From the NCBI GenBank assembly GCA_965248835.1, contig CBDFLJ010000002.1, forward strand, positions 320,001 through 384,000: a DNA stretch of 64,000 nt, written 5' to 3'. Position 1 is the stretch's first letter. Every line of letters begins with the position of its first letter. A program made the translations under genes and the position numbers. Below are positions 18,318 through 29,252 of this stretch, piece after piece. The notes under the pieces are model-generated. The model had not been told where the DNA came from. It made no database searches and saw nothing but the letters and a program-made list of their open reading frames with translations. Source of the DNA: Alphaproteobacteria bacterium (lineage in GTDB: Bacteria; Pseudomonadota; Alphaproteobacteria; MPNO01).

Positions 18318-19151
18318 ATGGCCTACGAGACGATCAGCGTGACGCCGATGTCGCCCAATATCGGCGGCCTCGTCGGCGGTATCGACCTGAACGAACCCCT
18401 TGGCCGGTCGGTCGTTCGGGACCTTCACGAAGCCCTGATGGAGCATCAGGTGCTGTTCTTCCGGGACCAGAAGCTCACCCATGACACCCACAAGGCGTTG
18501 GGCGAGCATTTCGGCAGGCTGCATATCAGCGTTGGCGGCGACGGCACCAACTCCAAACAGCTGAACGACCATCCCGAGGTCCGGGCGCTGCACTTCGACG
18601 AGAACTCGAAGTCGGTGTCCGGCAATGAGATGTGGCACACCGACCAGTCGTGCCTCGAGACGCCGCCGATGGGTAGCATCCTTTATATCCACACCGTCCC
18701 GCCGGCCGGCGGCGGGGACACGGTGTTCGCCAGCATGTATGCGGCATACGAGGCGCTGTCACCCAATATGAAGCGCTATCTCGAGGGCATGACGGCGCTG
18801 CACGACGGCGCGGGCGCCTTCGCCCGGACGGCGACGAACAACCTGCCGGTCACCGAACAGCCGGTCGTCGCCAAGCATCCGGTGACCGGCCGCAAGCTGC
18901 TCTACGTCAATCCCACTTTCACCACCCGCCTTTGCGGGGTGCCGCGGGGCGAGAGCGAGGCGATTCTGTCCTATCTGTGCGATCACTGCGAGCATCCGAA
19001 TTTCCAGGTGCGCTTCCACTGGGAACCCCATTCGGTCGCCTTCTGGGACAACCGGTGCACGCACCACCTGGCGCTCTGGGACTATTACCCCAATGTCCGG
19101 TCGGGCTACCGCATCCAGATCAAAGGCACCGATCCGGTGATCCCAGGCTGA
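18318..19151 (+). CDS. TauD/TfdA-family Fe(II)/2-oxoglutarate dioxygenase
   Basis: HQVLFFRDQ, WHTD, GGDTVFAS, HPVTGRKLLYVN and FWDNRCTHH. Confidence 0.92.
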   Translation: MAYETISVTPMSPNIGGLVGGIDLNEPLGRSVVRDLHEALMEHQVLFFRDQKLTHDTHKALGEHFGRLHISVGGDGTNSKQLNDHPEVRALHFDENSKSVSGNEMWHTDQSCLETPPMGSILYIHTVPPAGGGDTVFASMYAAYEALSPNMKRYLEGMTALHDGAGAFARTATNNLPVTEQPVVAKHPVTGRKLLYVNPTFTTRLCGVPRGESEAILSYLCDHCEHPNFQVRFHWEPHSVAFWDNRCTHHLALWDYYPNVRSGYRIQIKGTDPVIPG

Positions 19152-19193
19152 GCGCGCTCGATTTCGGCCACCATCCGTTCGGACATCCCGGCG

Positions 19194-21293
19194 TCAGCCT
19201 TCGATTTGAGAGAAATCCGCGACCGCGCCCATGGTCTCGCGAATCTCGCTCAACAGCCTTAACCGGTTCGCGCGCAGCCCGGCGTCCTTGGAATTGACCG
19301 TGACGCAGTCGAAAAATGCATCGACGGGGCCGCGCAAATCCGCCAGCACTGTCATCGCGTCATCGAAGCGCTCGGCGGCAACCAGCGGCGCGGCCTTCCT
19401 GCGGGCCTCCTCGAGCGCGCCGTGGAGCGCGGCCTCCTCGGGCTCGGCCAGCAGCGCCGCATCCGACGGGCCGGCGAGGGCGGCGCCGTCCTTCTTCTCC
19501 TCGATCGCGACGATGTTGCTCGCGCGCTTGTGCGCGATCAACAGATTGGCACCATCCTCCGCACTCAGGAACCGTTCCAGCGCGGCAACCCGAGCCAGGA
19601 GCCGGACCAGGTCATCCTCCCCGCCAAGCTCGAAGACCGCCGCGATCAGGTCGTGACGCACGCCCTGGGCGCGCAGGTGGACCTTCAGCCTGTCGGCGAA
19701 GAAGCCGAGCAACGCGGCCTCCAGGATCTTGGGCCTGTGGCCACCGTCGCGCTGGGCCTCGAAGTCCGGCACGGTCTCGTTGTAGCCCCAATAAGCCTTG
19801 CGGATGACCTCGCGCAGGCTCAGGCGAATGCCGTTCTCGATCACCAGGCGGATGATGCCGAGCGCGGCGCGGCGCAGCGCGTAAGGATCGCCCGAGCCGG
19901 TCGGGCGTTCGCCGACCGCGAAGAACCCGACCAGCGTATCCAACTTATCGGCCATCGCCAGCGCCACCGACAGCGGCGCCCGCGGGCAGTCATCGCCCGG
20001 ACCCTGGGGCGCGTAATGCTCGGCCACCGCCAGCGCCACCGCCTCGCCCCAGCCGTCATGCCGCGCGTAGTGGCCGCCCATGGTCCCTTGCAGCTCGGGG
20101 AACTCGTAGACCATCTCGGTGGTGAGATCCGCCTTGGCCAGGCGTGCCGCGCTGCGCGCCAGCTCGGCATCGGCGCCCGGCAGGAAAGCCGCGATCTCGC
20201 CGGCCAGCGCCTCGATGCGGGCGACCTTGTGGACAAGCGAGCCGAGCCCTGCGTGGAAGACCATCGGCTGCAAGGCATCGACGCGCGATGCGAGCGAGGA
20301 TTTCCGGTCCTGGTCCCAGAAGAACTTGGCGTCCGACAGCCGGGCACGCAGCACGCGCTCGTTGCCGGCGACGATCCCGGCGCCGCCGTCGGGCGCCTCG
20401 GTGTTGGCGACCACGACGAAGCGCGGCGCGAGCGTGCCATCGGGCGCGAGCACGGAGAAGTATTTCTGGTGGGTGCGCATCGCGGTGGTCAGCACCTCTG
20501 CGGGGACGTCCATGAACGCCTCGTCGATGCGTCCCATCAGCGGCACCGGCCACTCGACCAGCCCGGCCACCTCTTCGAGCAGCCCCTTGTCCTCCTTGAC
20601 GCTCAGCCCCTCGGCGGCGGCGAGCGCGGCTGCCCCATCGGCGATGATCTGCCGCCGCTCGGCCGGATCGAGCACGACATGGGCGGTGCGCAGCGCCTCA
20701 TGGTATTGCGCGAAGGAGGTAACCTCGATCGGGCCGGGATCGAGGAACCTGTGGCCGGTGGTCACCGCGCCCACCGGGACACCGCCCGGAAGATCGAAAG
20801 CCAGCGGCGCGCCGTCGAACACACACAGCCCGCGCTCGAGCGTGCGCACCCAGCGGTCGTGCCCCGCGCCCCAGCGCATCGACTTGGGCCAGGTCAGCGC
20901 CGCGACCGCCGCGGCAAGACGGTCCGGCAGCACTTCGGTGGTCGGCCTGCCGGCGCGCTCGAGGACCGCGAACCAGAAAGTCCCCTTGCCCGCCTTGCGC
21001 TGCTCGCACTGGTCGCGTGTCACGCCGTTGGCGCGCAGAAAGCCCTGGATCGCCTTTTCAGGCGCATCGATACGCGGGCCGCGCTTTTCCTCGCGCACGT
21101 CCGGCTGGCGGTCGGGCAGCCCGTCGACGACCAGCGCCAGCCGCCGCGGGGTGACGTAGGCCACGGGCGGATCAAAGGAAAGCCCGGCCGCGGCGAGCTG
21201 CTCGCCCACCAGCCGCGCCAGCCCGGCTGCCCCGCGCGCCTGCATGCGGGCAGGAATCTCCTCGGAGAACAGCTCCAGGACCAGTTCAGCCAT
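19194..21293 (-). CDS. glyS: Glycine-tRNA ligase beta subunit
   Basis: [35 protein letters not shown] and [12 protein letters not shown]. Confidence 0.97.
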   Translation of the reverse strand: MAELVLELFSEEIPARMQARGAAGLARLVGEQLAAAGLSFDPPVAYVTPRRLALVVDGLPDRQPDVREEKRGPRIDAPEKAIQGFLRANGVTRDQCEQRKAGKGTFWFAVLERAGRPTTEVLPDRLAAAVAALTWPKSMRWGAGHDRWVRTLERGLCVFDGAPLAFDLPGGVPVGAVTTGHRFLDPGPIEVTSFAQYHEALRTAHVVLDPAERRQIIADGAAALAAAEGLSVKEDKGLLEEVAGLVEWPVPLMGRIDEAFMDVPAEVLTTAMRTHQKYFSVLAPDGTLAPRFVVVANTEAPDGGAGIVAGNERVLRARLSDAKFFWDQDRKSSLASRVDALQPMVFHAGLGSLVHKVARIEALAGEIAAFLPGADAELARSAARLAKADLTTEMVYEFPELQGTMGGHYARHDGWGEAVALAVAEHYAPQGPGDDCPRAPLSVALAMADKLDTLVGFFAVGERPTGSGDPYALRRAALGIIRLVIENGIRLSLREVIRKAYWGYNETVPDFEAQRDGGHRPKILEAALLGFFADRLKVHLRAQGVRHDLIAAVFELGGEDDLVRLLARVAALERFLSAEDGANLLIAHKRASNIVAIEEKKDGAALAGPSDAALLAEPEEAALHGALEEARRKAAPLVAAERFDDAMTVLADLRGPVDAFFDCVTVNSKDAGLRANRLRLLSEIRETMGAVADFSQIEG

Positions 21294-22167
21294 TCTCGGG
21301 CGCCGCCCTGCTTTCGAGCCAGGCCTCGCAGCAGCCCTTGGCCAGGGCGCGGACGCGGCCGATATAGGCGGCCCGCTCGGTCACGCTGATTGCGCCCCTG
21401 GCATCGAGGAGATTGAAGACGTGGCTTGCCTTGATGCACTGGTCGTAGGCTGGAAGCGCGAGGTGCCGGCCGAGCAGCGCCCGGCATTCGGCCTCGGCGA
21501 AGCCGAATTGCTGCGACAGAATTTCGGTATCGGCGTGCTCGAAGTTATACGCAGAGAACTCGCGCTCGGCCTGGTGGAAGACCCCGCCATAGGTCACCCC
21601 GGCGCCATTGAAGTCGAGGTCGTAGACGTTCTCCACGCCCTGGATGTACATCGCCAGCCGTTCGAGCCCGTAGGTGAACTCGACCGAGACCGGGTCGCAT
21701 TCGATCCCGCCGACCTGCTGGAAATAGGTGAACTGGGTGATTTCCATGCCGTCGCACCAGACCTCCCAGCCGAGCCCGGCGGCGCCCAGCGTCGGACTCT
21801 CCCAATCGTCCTCGACGAACCGGATGTCGTGACGGGCCGGATCGATCCCGAGCTCCGTCAGACTCGCCAAATAGAGGTCCTGGCTGCGCGGCGGCGAAGG
21901 CTTGAGGATCACCTGGTACTGGTAGTAGTGCTGCAGCCGGTTGGGGTTCTCGCCGTAGCGCCCGTCGGTCGGCCGGCGCGAGGGCTGGACATAGGCTGCG
22001 CGCCACGGCTCGGGGCCGAGCGCCCGGAGCGTGGTGGCGGGGTGGAAGGTGCCGGCGCCGACCTCCATGTCGTAGGGCTGCAGGATCACGCAGCCCTGCC
22101 GCGCCCAATAGGCGTGGAGCTTGAGGATCAGACCCTGGAAGGACGTGTCCGGCGCGTCGCTCGACAT
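21286..22167 (-). CDS. glyQ: Glycine-tRNA ligase alpha subunit
   Basis: [40 protein letters not shown] and TYGLER. Confidence 0.98.
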   Translation of the reverse strand: MSSDAPDTSFQGLILKLHAYWARQGCVILQPYDMEVGAGTFHPATTLRALGPEPWRAAYVQPSRRPTDGRYGENPNRLQHYYQYQVILKPSPPRSQDLYLASLTELGIDPARHDIRFVEDDWESPTLGAAGLGWEVWCDGMEITQFTYFQQVGGIECDPVSVEFTYGLERLAMYIQGVENVYDLDFNGAGVTYGGVFHQAEREFSAYNFEHADTEILSQQFGFAEAECRALLGRHLALPAYDQCIKASHVFNLLDARGAISVTERAAYIGRVRALAKGCCEAWLESRAAPENG

Positions 22168-22240
22168 GGCATCACGGAGGGCCGGCTTGCGGCGCGGGCA
22201 ACCTACGCGGCGCCCTGGTCCGGGTCAAGCAAACCGCCGC

Positions 22241-22468
22241 TCAGGCGCACTCATGGGGACCGCCCGCCGGCACGAAGGCGCCGCAGCGCGGACAAGGCTC
22301 GAGATCTTCGCCGGTCCGCTCCGGTGCGGCCTTTCGGGCGCGGGCCAGACGGTCCTTCTCCCTGTCCTTGCGGACCTGCTGGTAGCGCGACAGCCAGCGG
22401 AACCCGTACCAGACGAGCGCGATGATCGCGGCGAGCGCGATCAGCTTTTGCAGGCTGAATCCGAGCAT
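22241..22468 (-). CDS. Small membrane protein with a C-terminal CxxC...HxC putative metal-binding motif
   Basis: GGAG RBS; MLGFSLQKLIALAAIIALVWYGFRW TM helix; CPRCGAFVPAGGPHEC. Confidence 0.7.
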   Translation of the reverse strand: MLGFSLQKLIALAAIIALVWYGFRWLSRYQQVRKDREKDRLARARKAAPERTGEDLEPCPRCGAFVPAGGPHECA

Positions 22469-22508
22469 GGCTCCGTTGCCCCGAATGGTTGAACCGGCAG
22501 AGATTTCC

Positions 22509-23408
22509 TCATAGGCCGAAGCGCTTCCACATTGCCCATTCGTCGAGCGCGGCGACGACCTCCAGGGCGAGATCACCCGGCCGCACGCCGTTCGTCCCGA
22601 CGCCGATCCGGCGCCGCAGGCTCGATCTCCGGGTGATCGGGCGCACGCGCACATCCTCGCCGAAGCGCTCGCGCAGGATGGTCTGCATATCGCCCAGCCC
22701 GTCGATCAGCCCGAGCCCGACCGCCTGGCCGCCGGTCCAGAACGCGCCCGAGAACAGCACCTCGTCCTCGCCCTTCAGGCGCCGGCCGCGCCGGGCCCGC
22801 ACGTTGGCCTTGAACGACTCGTGCATCTCCGATTGCAGGTCCAACAGGCTCGCGACGTCTTCGGAGACCTCCGGACGGAAGGGGTCGAGCATGCCCTTGC
22901 GCGGACCGGCGGCGTGGATCCGGCGCTCGATGCCGTGGCGCTCGATGAAATCCGCGAAGCCGAACCCCGCCGAGATCACCCCGATCGAGCCGACGATCGA
23001 GTTCTCGTCGGCGAAGATCTCATCGGCCGCGCAGGCCAGCCAGTAGCCGCCCGAGGCCGCGACATCTTCGACGAAAGCGATCACCGGGACGCCGCGCTCC
23101 TCGGCGCGTTGACGGATCCGCCGGGCGATCAGCGCGCTTTGGACCGGCGAGCCGCCGGGGGAGTTGATCGACAACGCCACCGCGGACAGCCGCCGCGGCG
23201 CGAAGGCCCGTTCGATCGAGCGTTCGAGGCCTTCAAGGCTCATCCCTGCGCCGCGGGCAAGCCCCGTCCGGCCGATGACGCCGCTAAGCCGCAGCACCGA
23301 GAGCAGCGCGCCGGGCTGGCGCAGCCGCCGTAAGGGCATCAACCGGCGCCAACCGCGCGGCCGCGCGGTCGTGCCGGGAATGGGCACCGCCTCGCTCATG
23401 GCATTCAT
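22509..23408 (-). CDS. S49 family peptidase (SppA/SohB-like)
   Basis: INSPGGSPVQS, EDVAASGGYW and IVGSIGV; start 23408 or 23399. Confidence 0.9.
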   Translation of the reverse strand: MNAMSEAVPIPGTTARPRGWRRLMPLRRLRQPGALLSVLRLSGVIGRTGLARGAGMSLEGLERSIERAFAPRRLSAVALSINSPGGSPVQSALIARRIRQRAEERGVPVIAFVEDVAASGGYWLACAADEIFADENSIVGSIGVISAGFGFADFIERHGIERRIHAAGPRKGMLDPFRPEVSEDVASLLDLQSEMHESFKANVRARRGRRLKGEDEVLFSGAFWTGGQAVGLGLIDGLGDMQTILRERFGEDVRVRPITRRSSLRRRIGVGTNGVRPGDLALEVVAALDEWAMWKRFGL

Positions 23409-23454
23409 GACACTATAGATAGAAGACGCGGGCCCGATCGCCAAGCCTGCCGCC

Positions 23455-24207
23455 TCACAGCGCAAGCGGGCCGCCGCCGCGCAGGATCGCTTCGGCCTCC
23501 GGCGTGTAGGAGCCGTCCCCGGCGTGCAGCGCCATGCCGCCGAGAAGCCGCAGCGGCGTGGCCACGCCGGTTCGGGCACGGATCAGCACCCGCCTGGCCG
23601 CCCCGGCGCCGGCGCGGGCCCATAGCGGGAAGACCACGATCTCGCCGCCCCGGCCCGACAATGCCGCAAGCACATCGGCCAGCCGGTCGGTCCGGTGGAT
23701 CAGGGTCAGCGTGCCCTTCCGGCGCAGCATCGCGGTCGCGAAGCCGATCCAGGCCGCAAGATCGGCCTCGCCTTCGATCCGCGCGGCCGCGCGGGCTTCG
23801 TTGTCGGGCCTGCCGGTCGTTCCCGTCTCGAAGAACGGCGGGTTCATCATCACGTGGTCGTAGGCGCCGGGAGCCAGGCGCGGCGGCGGTCGGGCGAGAT
23901 CGCCCATCATCACGTCGACCCGCCGCTCCAGCCGGTTGAGCCGGGCATTCTCGCCGGCGAGCCGGACCAGATCGGCCTGGCGCTCCAACCCGACCACGCG
24001 GCAGCCGGGCACCCGTCTGGCCAGGCACAGGGCCGCGGCCCCGACGCCGGCGCCGGGCTCGAGCACGGACTGGCCGTCCTCGGCGGGCACCGCGGCGGCC
24101 AGCAGCACGGTGTCGATCGCGACCCGGAAGCCTTCGCGCGGTTGGCGAACGGTGATCGCACCGCCCAGCAGCCGGTCCTCGGTGACGTCGTCGCGCCGCG
24201 CGCTCAT
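23455..24207 (-). CDS. tRNA1(Val) A37 N6-methyltransferase-like protein
   Basis: QPREGFRVAIDTVLLAA, EPGAGVG and MNPPF; conserved position next to DUF2007/ispB. Confidence 0.85.
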   Translation of the reverse strand: MSARRDDVTEDRLLGGAITVRQPREGFRVAIDTVLLAAAVPAEDGQSVLEPGAGVGAAALCLARRVPGCRVVGLERQADLVRLAGENARLNRLERRVDVMMGDLARPPPRLAPGAYDHVMMNPPFFETGTTGRPDNEARAAARIEGEADLAAWIGFATAMLRRKGTLTLIHRTDRLADVLAALSGRGGEIVVFPLWARAGAGAARRVLIRARTGVATPLRLLGGMALHAGDGSYTPEAEAILRGGGPLAL

Positions 24208-24428
24208 CTGGGGTCGAGCCGCGCGCCCTCGCCCGCATCGGCGAGGATGCGGCGCGCCCGTTCGTGCGCGTCGTCCTCGACCATGACCCGGCGCGGGATG
24301 GCGAACGTGCTGCCCTCGAGCACCGACATGTGCGAATCCAGCACCGTCGGCACGATCCCTTCGGCGCGCAGCAGGGCTTGAACCCAGGACAGGAAGACCA
24401 GGTCGTTGGTCCGCAGCAGCTCCCGCAT
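24204..24428 (-). CDS. DUF2007-like small protein
   Basis: MRELLRTNDLV...LDSHMSVLEGS...IPRRVMV; ATGA overlap with the methyltransferase. Confidence 0.85.
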   Translation of the reverse strand: MRELLRTNDLVFLSWVQALLRAEGIVPTVLDSHMSVLEGSTFAIPRRVMVEDDAHERARRILADAGEGARLDPR

Positions 24429-24550
24429 CGCTCGGCTGTCGGCCTTTCGGGCGGATGGTCGCACGCCGCACCGGCCAGCTTGACGCTGCCGGCGGCGGGA
24501 CTATGTTCCGTCTGGCTGTCTAGCATCTTCCCGCGGGGGAAACAAAGCTT

Positions 24551-25573
24551 GTGAGTGTGGTCGTAGAGCTCGGACGCGGCCCAGGCGCGCGCCGCGGTCC
24601 CAGCCTGGACAGGCTGACGGCGTTGACCTCCGAAGACCTCCAGCGGGTCAACCAGACAATCATCGAGCACATGCAGAGCCCGGTGCTGCTGATCCCGCAG
24701 CTCGCCGGCCATATCGTAGCCTCCGGCGGCAAGCGGCTGCGGCCGATGATCACGCTCGCCTCCGCCCGGCTGTTCGATTACCGCGGCGCGCGGCATATCG
24801 GCCTCGCGGCCTGCGTGGAGTTCATCCACACGGCGACCCTGCTGCATGACGATGTGGTCGATGAGAGCGACCTGCGCCGCGGCGCGGCGACCGCCAACGC
24901 GGTCTGGGGCAACAAGGCCTCCGTCCTGGTCGGCGACTTCCTGTTCAGCCGCTCGTTCGAGCTGATGGTCGCCGACGGATCGCTCGACGTGCTGGCGATC
25001 CTGTCCGAGGCCGCCTCGGTGATTGCCGAGGGCGAAGTGCTGCAGCTCATGACCGCCAACGACACCGAGACCACCGAAGAGGACTACCTGGAGGTGATCC
25101 GCGCCAAGACCGCGAGGCTGTTCGCTGCCGCAGCCGAGATCGGCGCGGTGGTTGCCGACCGCTCGGATGCCGAGCGCGCGGCGCTGCGCACCTTCGGCCA
25201 CAATCTCGGCATGGCCTTCCAGCTCACCGACGACGTGCTGGATTATTCGGCCCGTCAGGCGACGCTGGGCAAGACCGTCGGCGACGACTTCCGAGAGGGC
25301 AAGATAACGCTGCCGATCGTGCTCGCGTTCCGCGCCGCCGACGAGGACACCCGCAAGTTCTGGCGGCGGACGCTGGAGGACCTCGAGCAGAAGAAGGGCG
25401 ACCTCAAACGGGCGATCGCGCTGCTGGAGCGTACCGGCGCCCTGCGCGCAACGCTTGAACAGGCGCGCCACTATGCCGCCCGGGCGCGCCAGGCGCTCGA
25501 TGGCCTGCCTGAAGGCGAGGCCCACGCCGCGCTTTGCGAAAGCCTGGAATTCGCCGTCGAGCGCGCCTATTAG
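24551..25573 (+). CDS. ispB: Polyprenyl (octa/decaprenyl) diphosphate synthase
   Basis: SGGKRLRP, LLHDDVVD, RRG, FQLTDDVLD and GKTVGDDFREGKITLP. Confidence 0.93.
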   Translation: MSVVVELGRGPGARRGPSLDRLTALTSEDLQRVNQTIIEHMQSPVLLIPQLAGHIVASGGKRLRPMITLASARLFDYRGARHIGLAACVEFIHTATLLHDDVVDESDLRRGAATANAVWGNKASVLVGDFLFSRSFELMVADGSLDVLAILSEAASVIAEGEVLQLMTANDTETTEEDYLEVIRAKTARLFAAAAEIGAVVADRSDAERAALRTFGHNLGMAFQLTDDVLDYSARQATLGKTVGDDFREGKITLPIVLAFRAADEDTRKFWRRTLEDLEQKKGDLKRAIALLERTGALRATLEQARHYAARARQALDGLPEGEAHAALCESLEFAVERAY

Positions 25574-25683
25574 CGCATGCTCCGGACGCGCTGGTGCGGC
25601 GCGAAGACGGCCCATTCGCCGCGACCTTGGAGATCCGCGCCGCACACCGCCCCGGATCCCGTAAACCCCCATCGCCCGAGGCA

Positions 25684-25712
25684 TTGCGAGCCAATCGCCG
25701 GGGCGCTATAAG
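25684..25712 (+). promoter_or_regulatory. Putative sigma70 promoter for tRNA-Pro
   Basis: TTGCGA-N17-TATAAG ending 17 nt before the tRNA. Confidence 0.55.
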
Positions 25713-25729
25713 ACCAGCCCGCACGCGGT

Positions 25730-25806
25730 CGGAGTGTAGCTCAGCCTGGTAGAGCACTGTCTTCGGGAGGCAGGGGCCGGTGGTTCGAATCCACTCACTC
25801 CGACCA
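25730..25806 (+). tRNA. tRNA-Pro (CGG)
   Basis: CGGAGTG/CACTCCG acceptor stem, TAGCTCAGCCTGGTAGAGC D-arm, anticodon arm CTGTC-TTCGGGA-GGCAG, GGTTCGAATCC T-arm and encoded CCA; 77 nt. Confidence 0.97.
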
Positions 25807-25937
25807 GCCCTTTTCCGATCGCCTCAGGGCCAAGCCCAAAGCATGTCTCGAACAAGCCGGACCGGCGCGCATGCCGATTTGCCCGATCGAATCGGCCGGG
25901 TATCCTGGCGTGTGCAACCGAGCGGGAGAATGCGCGC

Positions 25938-27710
25938 GTGAACAGGCAGGCCGTGGATCCGGTGGTCACCGAGATCGTCCGCAACGGTGTGATGGCGGTG
26001 AGCGAGGAGATGAAGACCAACCTGATGCGCACCGCCTACAACATGATCATCTACGAGGCGCTGGACTTCACCGTCGGGCTGTTCACCGCCGACGGCGAGA
26101 CGATTTCGATCGGGCTCGGGCTGCCGATGTTCATCCGCGGCATGGCCGCGACCTTGAAGGCCAAGCTCGCCCATTTCGGCGCGGACGGGATCGAGCCCGG
26201 CGATATCCTGGTCACCAACGACGCCTATGTCACCGGCAGCCACCTCAACCACATCACGCTCAGCCTGCCGATCTACCATGACGGAGAGCTGGTCGGGTTC
26301 GCCTGCTGCATGGCGCATTGGCTGGATATCGGCGGCACGCTGCAGGGCATCACCACAGACATCTATTCGGAAGGGCTCCAGCTTCCGCTGCTCAAGCTGC
26401 AAAAGGCGGGCGTGATCGATCAGGACCTGGTCGATCTCATCGCCATGAACGTGCGCATGCCCGAGCGCGCGCTCGGCGATTTGCGCGCCCAGCTCACCGC
26501 CGTCCGGACCGGCGAACGCGGCTATCTCGGGCTCATCGCGCGCTACGGCAAGGACGCTGTCGCGGCCAGCGTCGCGGCCATCATGGACCAGTCCGAGCAG
26601 GCGGCCCGCGCGCGGACCGCATCGATCCCCGATGGCATCTACGAGGCCGAGGCCTTCATGGACGATGATGGGATCGAAATCGGCAAGCCGGTGCCGATCC
26701 ATGTCCGGGTCGAGGTTGCCGACGAGACCATGACCATCGACCTCACCGACGTGTCCGCTCAGGTCAAGGGCTTCTACAACTCGGGCATCACGACGGCCTA
26801 CGCGTGTGCGCAGGTCGCCTACAAGTGCCTGACCTCGCCGACGGATTATCCGATCAACGACGGCAGCTTCCGCCCGCTCAGCACCGTCATCCCGCCCGGC
26901 CGGATCGTGAGCGCGCAGAAGCCGGCCGCGATGCGGAGCTGGATGAGCTTTCCGATGACCATCGTCGATGCGATCTTCAAGGCGCTGGCGCCCGCAGTGC
27001 CCGAGCGGGTCGCGGCCGGCCACCACGCCGATCTGATGATGGGCCGGATGAACGGCATCGACCCGGCCCGGTCCAAGCTGTTCATCGGCGCGATCGGGCC
27101 GACCGGCGGCGGCTGGGGCGCCAAGCACGACAGCGACGGCGTGAGCGCGACCGTCTGCCTCAACGACGGTGATACCCACAACAGCCCCTCCGAACTGATG
27201 GAGGTCAACTACCCGATCGTCATCGAGCGTCACGGGCTGATCCCCGATTCGGGCGGCGCGGGGCGGCACCGCGGCGGGCTCGGCATCGAATACGTCGTCC
27301 GGGCGCGCTCGCCGCTCAACTTCAACAGCCAGGCCGAGCGCGCCAATTGCGAGCCCTGGGGGCTGCAGGGCGGGCTCGACGGCAGGGGCAACCGCATCGC
27401 ACTCAGGGTGAACGGCGCGCCGGGGCCGGAGTTCACCAACGCCAAGCTGTTCTGGCAGCGGATCGAGGCGGGCGATGCCTTCATCGTCAACTCGGGCGGC
27501 GGCGGCGGCTTCGGTTCGCCGCTCGAGCGGCCGGCCGAGCGGGTCCGCGAAGACGTGCGCCACGGCTATGTAAGCCTCGAGGCGGCGCGCGCGCTCTACG
27601 GCGTGGTCATCGATCCCGAGACATTGGCGCTCGACGAGCGCGCGACCGCGCGTGTCCGCGCAGCGATGGCGACGCTCGCCGCCGCAGACCGAGCGGAGGC
27701 GCGGCCATGA
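25938..27710 (+). CDS. Hydantoinase B / 5-oxoprolinase family protein
   Basis: EEM...RTAYN..IYEALDF, NDAY..GSHLNH, HWLDIGG, DSGGAGRHRGG and GGGGFGSPLER. Confidence 0.93.
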   Translation: MNRQAVDPVVTEIVRNGVMAVSEEMKTNLMRTAYNMIIYEALDFTVGLFTADGETISIGLGLPMFIRGMAATLKAKLAHFGADGIEPGDILVTNDAYVTGSHLNHITLSLPIYHDGELVGFACCMAHWLDIGGTLQGITTDIYSEGLQLPLLKLQKAGVIDQDLVDLIAMNVRMPERALGDLRAQLTAVRTGERGYLGLIARYGKDAVAASVAAIMDQSEQAARARTASIPDGIYEAEAFMDDDGIEIGKPVPIHVRVEVADETMTIDLTDVSAQVKGFYNSGITTAYACAQVAYKCLTSPTDYPINDGSFRPLSTVIPPGRIVSAQKPAAMRSWMSFPMTIVDAIFKALAPAVPERVAAGHHADLMMGRMNGIDPARSKLFIGAIGPTGGGWGAKHDSDGVSATVCLNDGDTHNSPSELMEVNYPIVIERHGLIPDSGGAGRHRGGLGIEYVVRARSPLNFNSQAERANCEPWGLQGGLDGRGNRIALRVNGAPGPEFTNAKLFWQRIEAGDAFIVNSGGGGGFGSPLERPAERVREDVRHGYVSLEAARALYGVVIDPETLALDERATARVRAAMATLAAADRAEARP

Positions 27711-28738
27711 AGGCGCTCGTGCTCGAGGCCGCCGGCGCGCGGTTCGCGCTCAGGGAGCTGCCCGATCCGGTTGCCGGACCCGGCGAGGCGGTCGTGCGGG
27801 TGCGCGCCTGCGGGTCCGGGCTCACCATCCAGCACGTCAAGGCGGGCCGCGCTCCGGTGGCGTTCCCGCGCATCATCGGCCACGAGATCACCGGTGAGGT
27901 CGTGGCGCTGGGGCCAGGCGCGACGGGCCTCGCGATCGATGATCCGGTGACCGCCTATTTCTATCTCACCTGCGGCCGTTGCAAATGGTGTCGGATCGAC
28001 CGGGAAACGCTGTGCGAGAACTTCGCGGGTTTCGTCGGCCGCGAGGTCGACGGCGGCTACGCCGAGTATCTCAAGCTTCCCGCCTCCAGCTTTCTCAAAT
28101 TGCCCGAAGCGCTCGACCACCGCAGATTTCCGGCCGAGATCGGAGTGGTTACCGATGCGATTGCCACGCCGCTGAAGGTGCTCCGGCGCGCCCGTATCGC
28201 AGCCGGCGAGACGGTTGCGGTCTTCGGCGCCGGCGGCGGGCTCGGAATCCATATGCTGATGATGCTGCGCTGGGCCCACGCACGGCCGATTGCCGTCGAC
28301 GTCGTCCCCGACAAGTTCACGGCCTGCCGCGAGGCCGGGGCAGACGCGGTGGTCGACGGCGGGCGGAACGACGTGAGCGAAGCGCTGATCGAGCTCACCG
28401 GCGGACGCGGTCTCGATGCCGCGATCGACTTCGTTTCGGCGCGCCAGACTCTGGAGGCGGCGGTCGGCGCGCTCGGCCGGGGCGGCCGGCTGGTCACGCT
28501 CGGCGGCTCCGGCCAGCCGTTCCAGGCACCGGCCGGCGCAATGCTCAACAAGGAGCTCGAGCTTATCGGCAGCCGCTATGCGACCAGGCAGGAGGTCATC
28601 GAAGCGCTCGAAATCGTTGCCCGCGGCGAAGTCTGGCCGATGGTCAGCGAGATCGGCCGCATGGTCGATGCCGAGTCGATCCACGAGAAGCTCGAAGCAG
28701 GGCTGATCACCGGCCGCGCAGCGATGCTGATCGAATGA
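27707..28738 (+). CDS. Zinc-binding alcohol dehydrogenase (MDR family)
   Basis: ATGA overlap; ACGSG, GHEITG, CGRCKWC-x7-C and GAGGGLG. Confidence 0.9.
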   Translation: MKALVLEAAGARFALRELPDPVAGPGEAVVRVRACGSGLTIQHVKAGRAPVAFPRIIGHEITGEVVALGPGATGLAIDDPVTAYFYLTCGRCKWCRIDRETLCENFAGFVGREVDGGYAEYLKLPASSFLKLPEALDHRRFPAEIGVVTDAIATPLKVLRRARIAAGETVAVFGAGGGLGIHMLMMLRWAHARPIAVDVVPDKFTACREAGADAVVDGGRNDVSEALIELTGGRGLDAAIDFVSARQTLEAAVGALGRGGRLVTLGGSGQPFQAPAGAMLNKELELIGSRYATRQEVIEALEIVARGEVWPMVSEIGRMVDAESIHEKLEAGLITGRAAMLIE

Positions 28739-28769
28739 ACCATCGAATACCCGATCGAGGAGGCAAGTG

Positions 28770-29150
28770 ATGGGATTCCAGGTCGTCGATGTCCCGGGGC
28801 TGCCGAGCCCCGGACAGTTCAGCCATGTGGTCAGGAAGGGCAACATGGTCTTCATCTCCGGCCAGACCGCGCCGGAGGAGGCCAAGGCCGGCAACCTCGA
28901 CCCCTACGACCAGGCGCGCCGCATCTACGGCTATCTGCGCCAGGCGATCACCGCGGCCGGCGGGACGATGGCGGATATCGTCAAGATCAATACCTACGTT
29001 ACGGACGGCAGCCATTTCGACGCGATCCGCGCGCTGCGTCCGGAATATTTCGATCAGCCCTACCCCGCGGCGACCTCGGTCGTCGTCCATGCGCTCGCCC
29101 GCCGAGAGCTGGTGATGGAGATCGAGGCCATCGCCATCCTCGACGATTAG
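28770..29150 (+). CDS. Rid (YjgF/RidA) family protein lacking the catalytic Arg
   Basis: VFISGQ, DIVKIN, YPAATSV and MEIEAIA; GAGGAGG RBS. Confidence 0.88.
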   Translation: MGFQVVDVPGLPSPGQFSHVVRKGNMVFISGQTAPEEAKAGNLDPYDQARRIYGYLRQAITAAGGTMADIVKINTYVTDGSHFDAIRALRPEYFDQPYPAATSVVVHALARRELVMEIEAIAILDD

Positions 29151-29252
29151 GGCGCGTTCCGAACACGCTGGACAGGACCGCGCGATGTGCCGACAGCATT
29201 CCGCCAGCGCTGCGTTAAGCTGTTGATAATCAATGATATTGGATGCTGAACT

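Noticed and set aside
25730-25937. tRNA-Pro as integration site of a genomic island
   Set aside because: No integrase follows, I saw no duplicate of the tRNA 3' end, and downstream genes look host-like in codon usage.
29223-29233. FNR box
   Set aside because: Half-sites are separated by 1 nt rather than the required 4.
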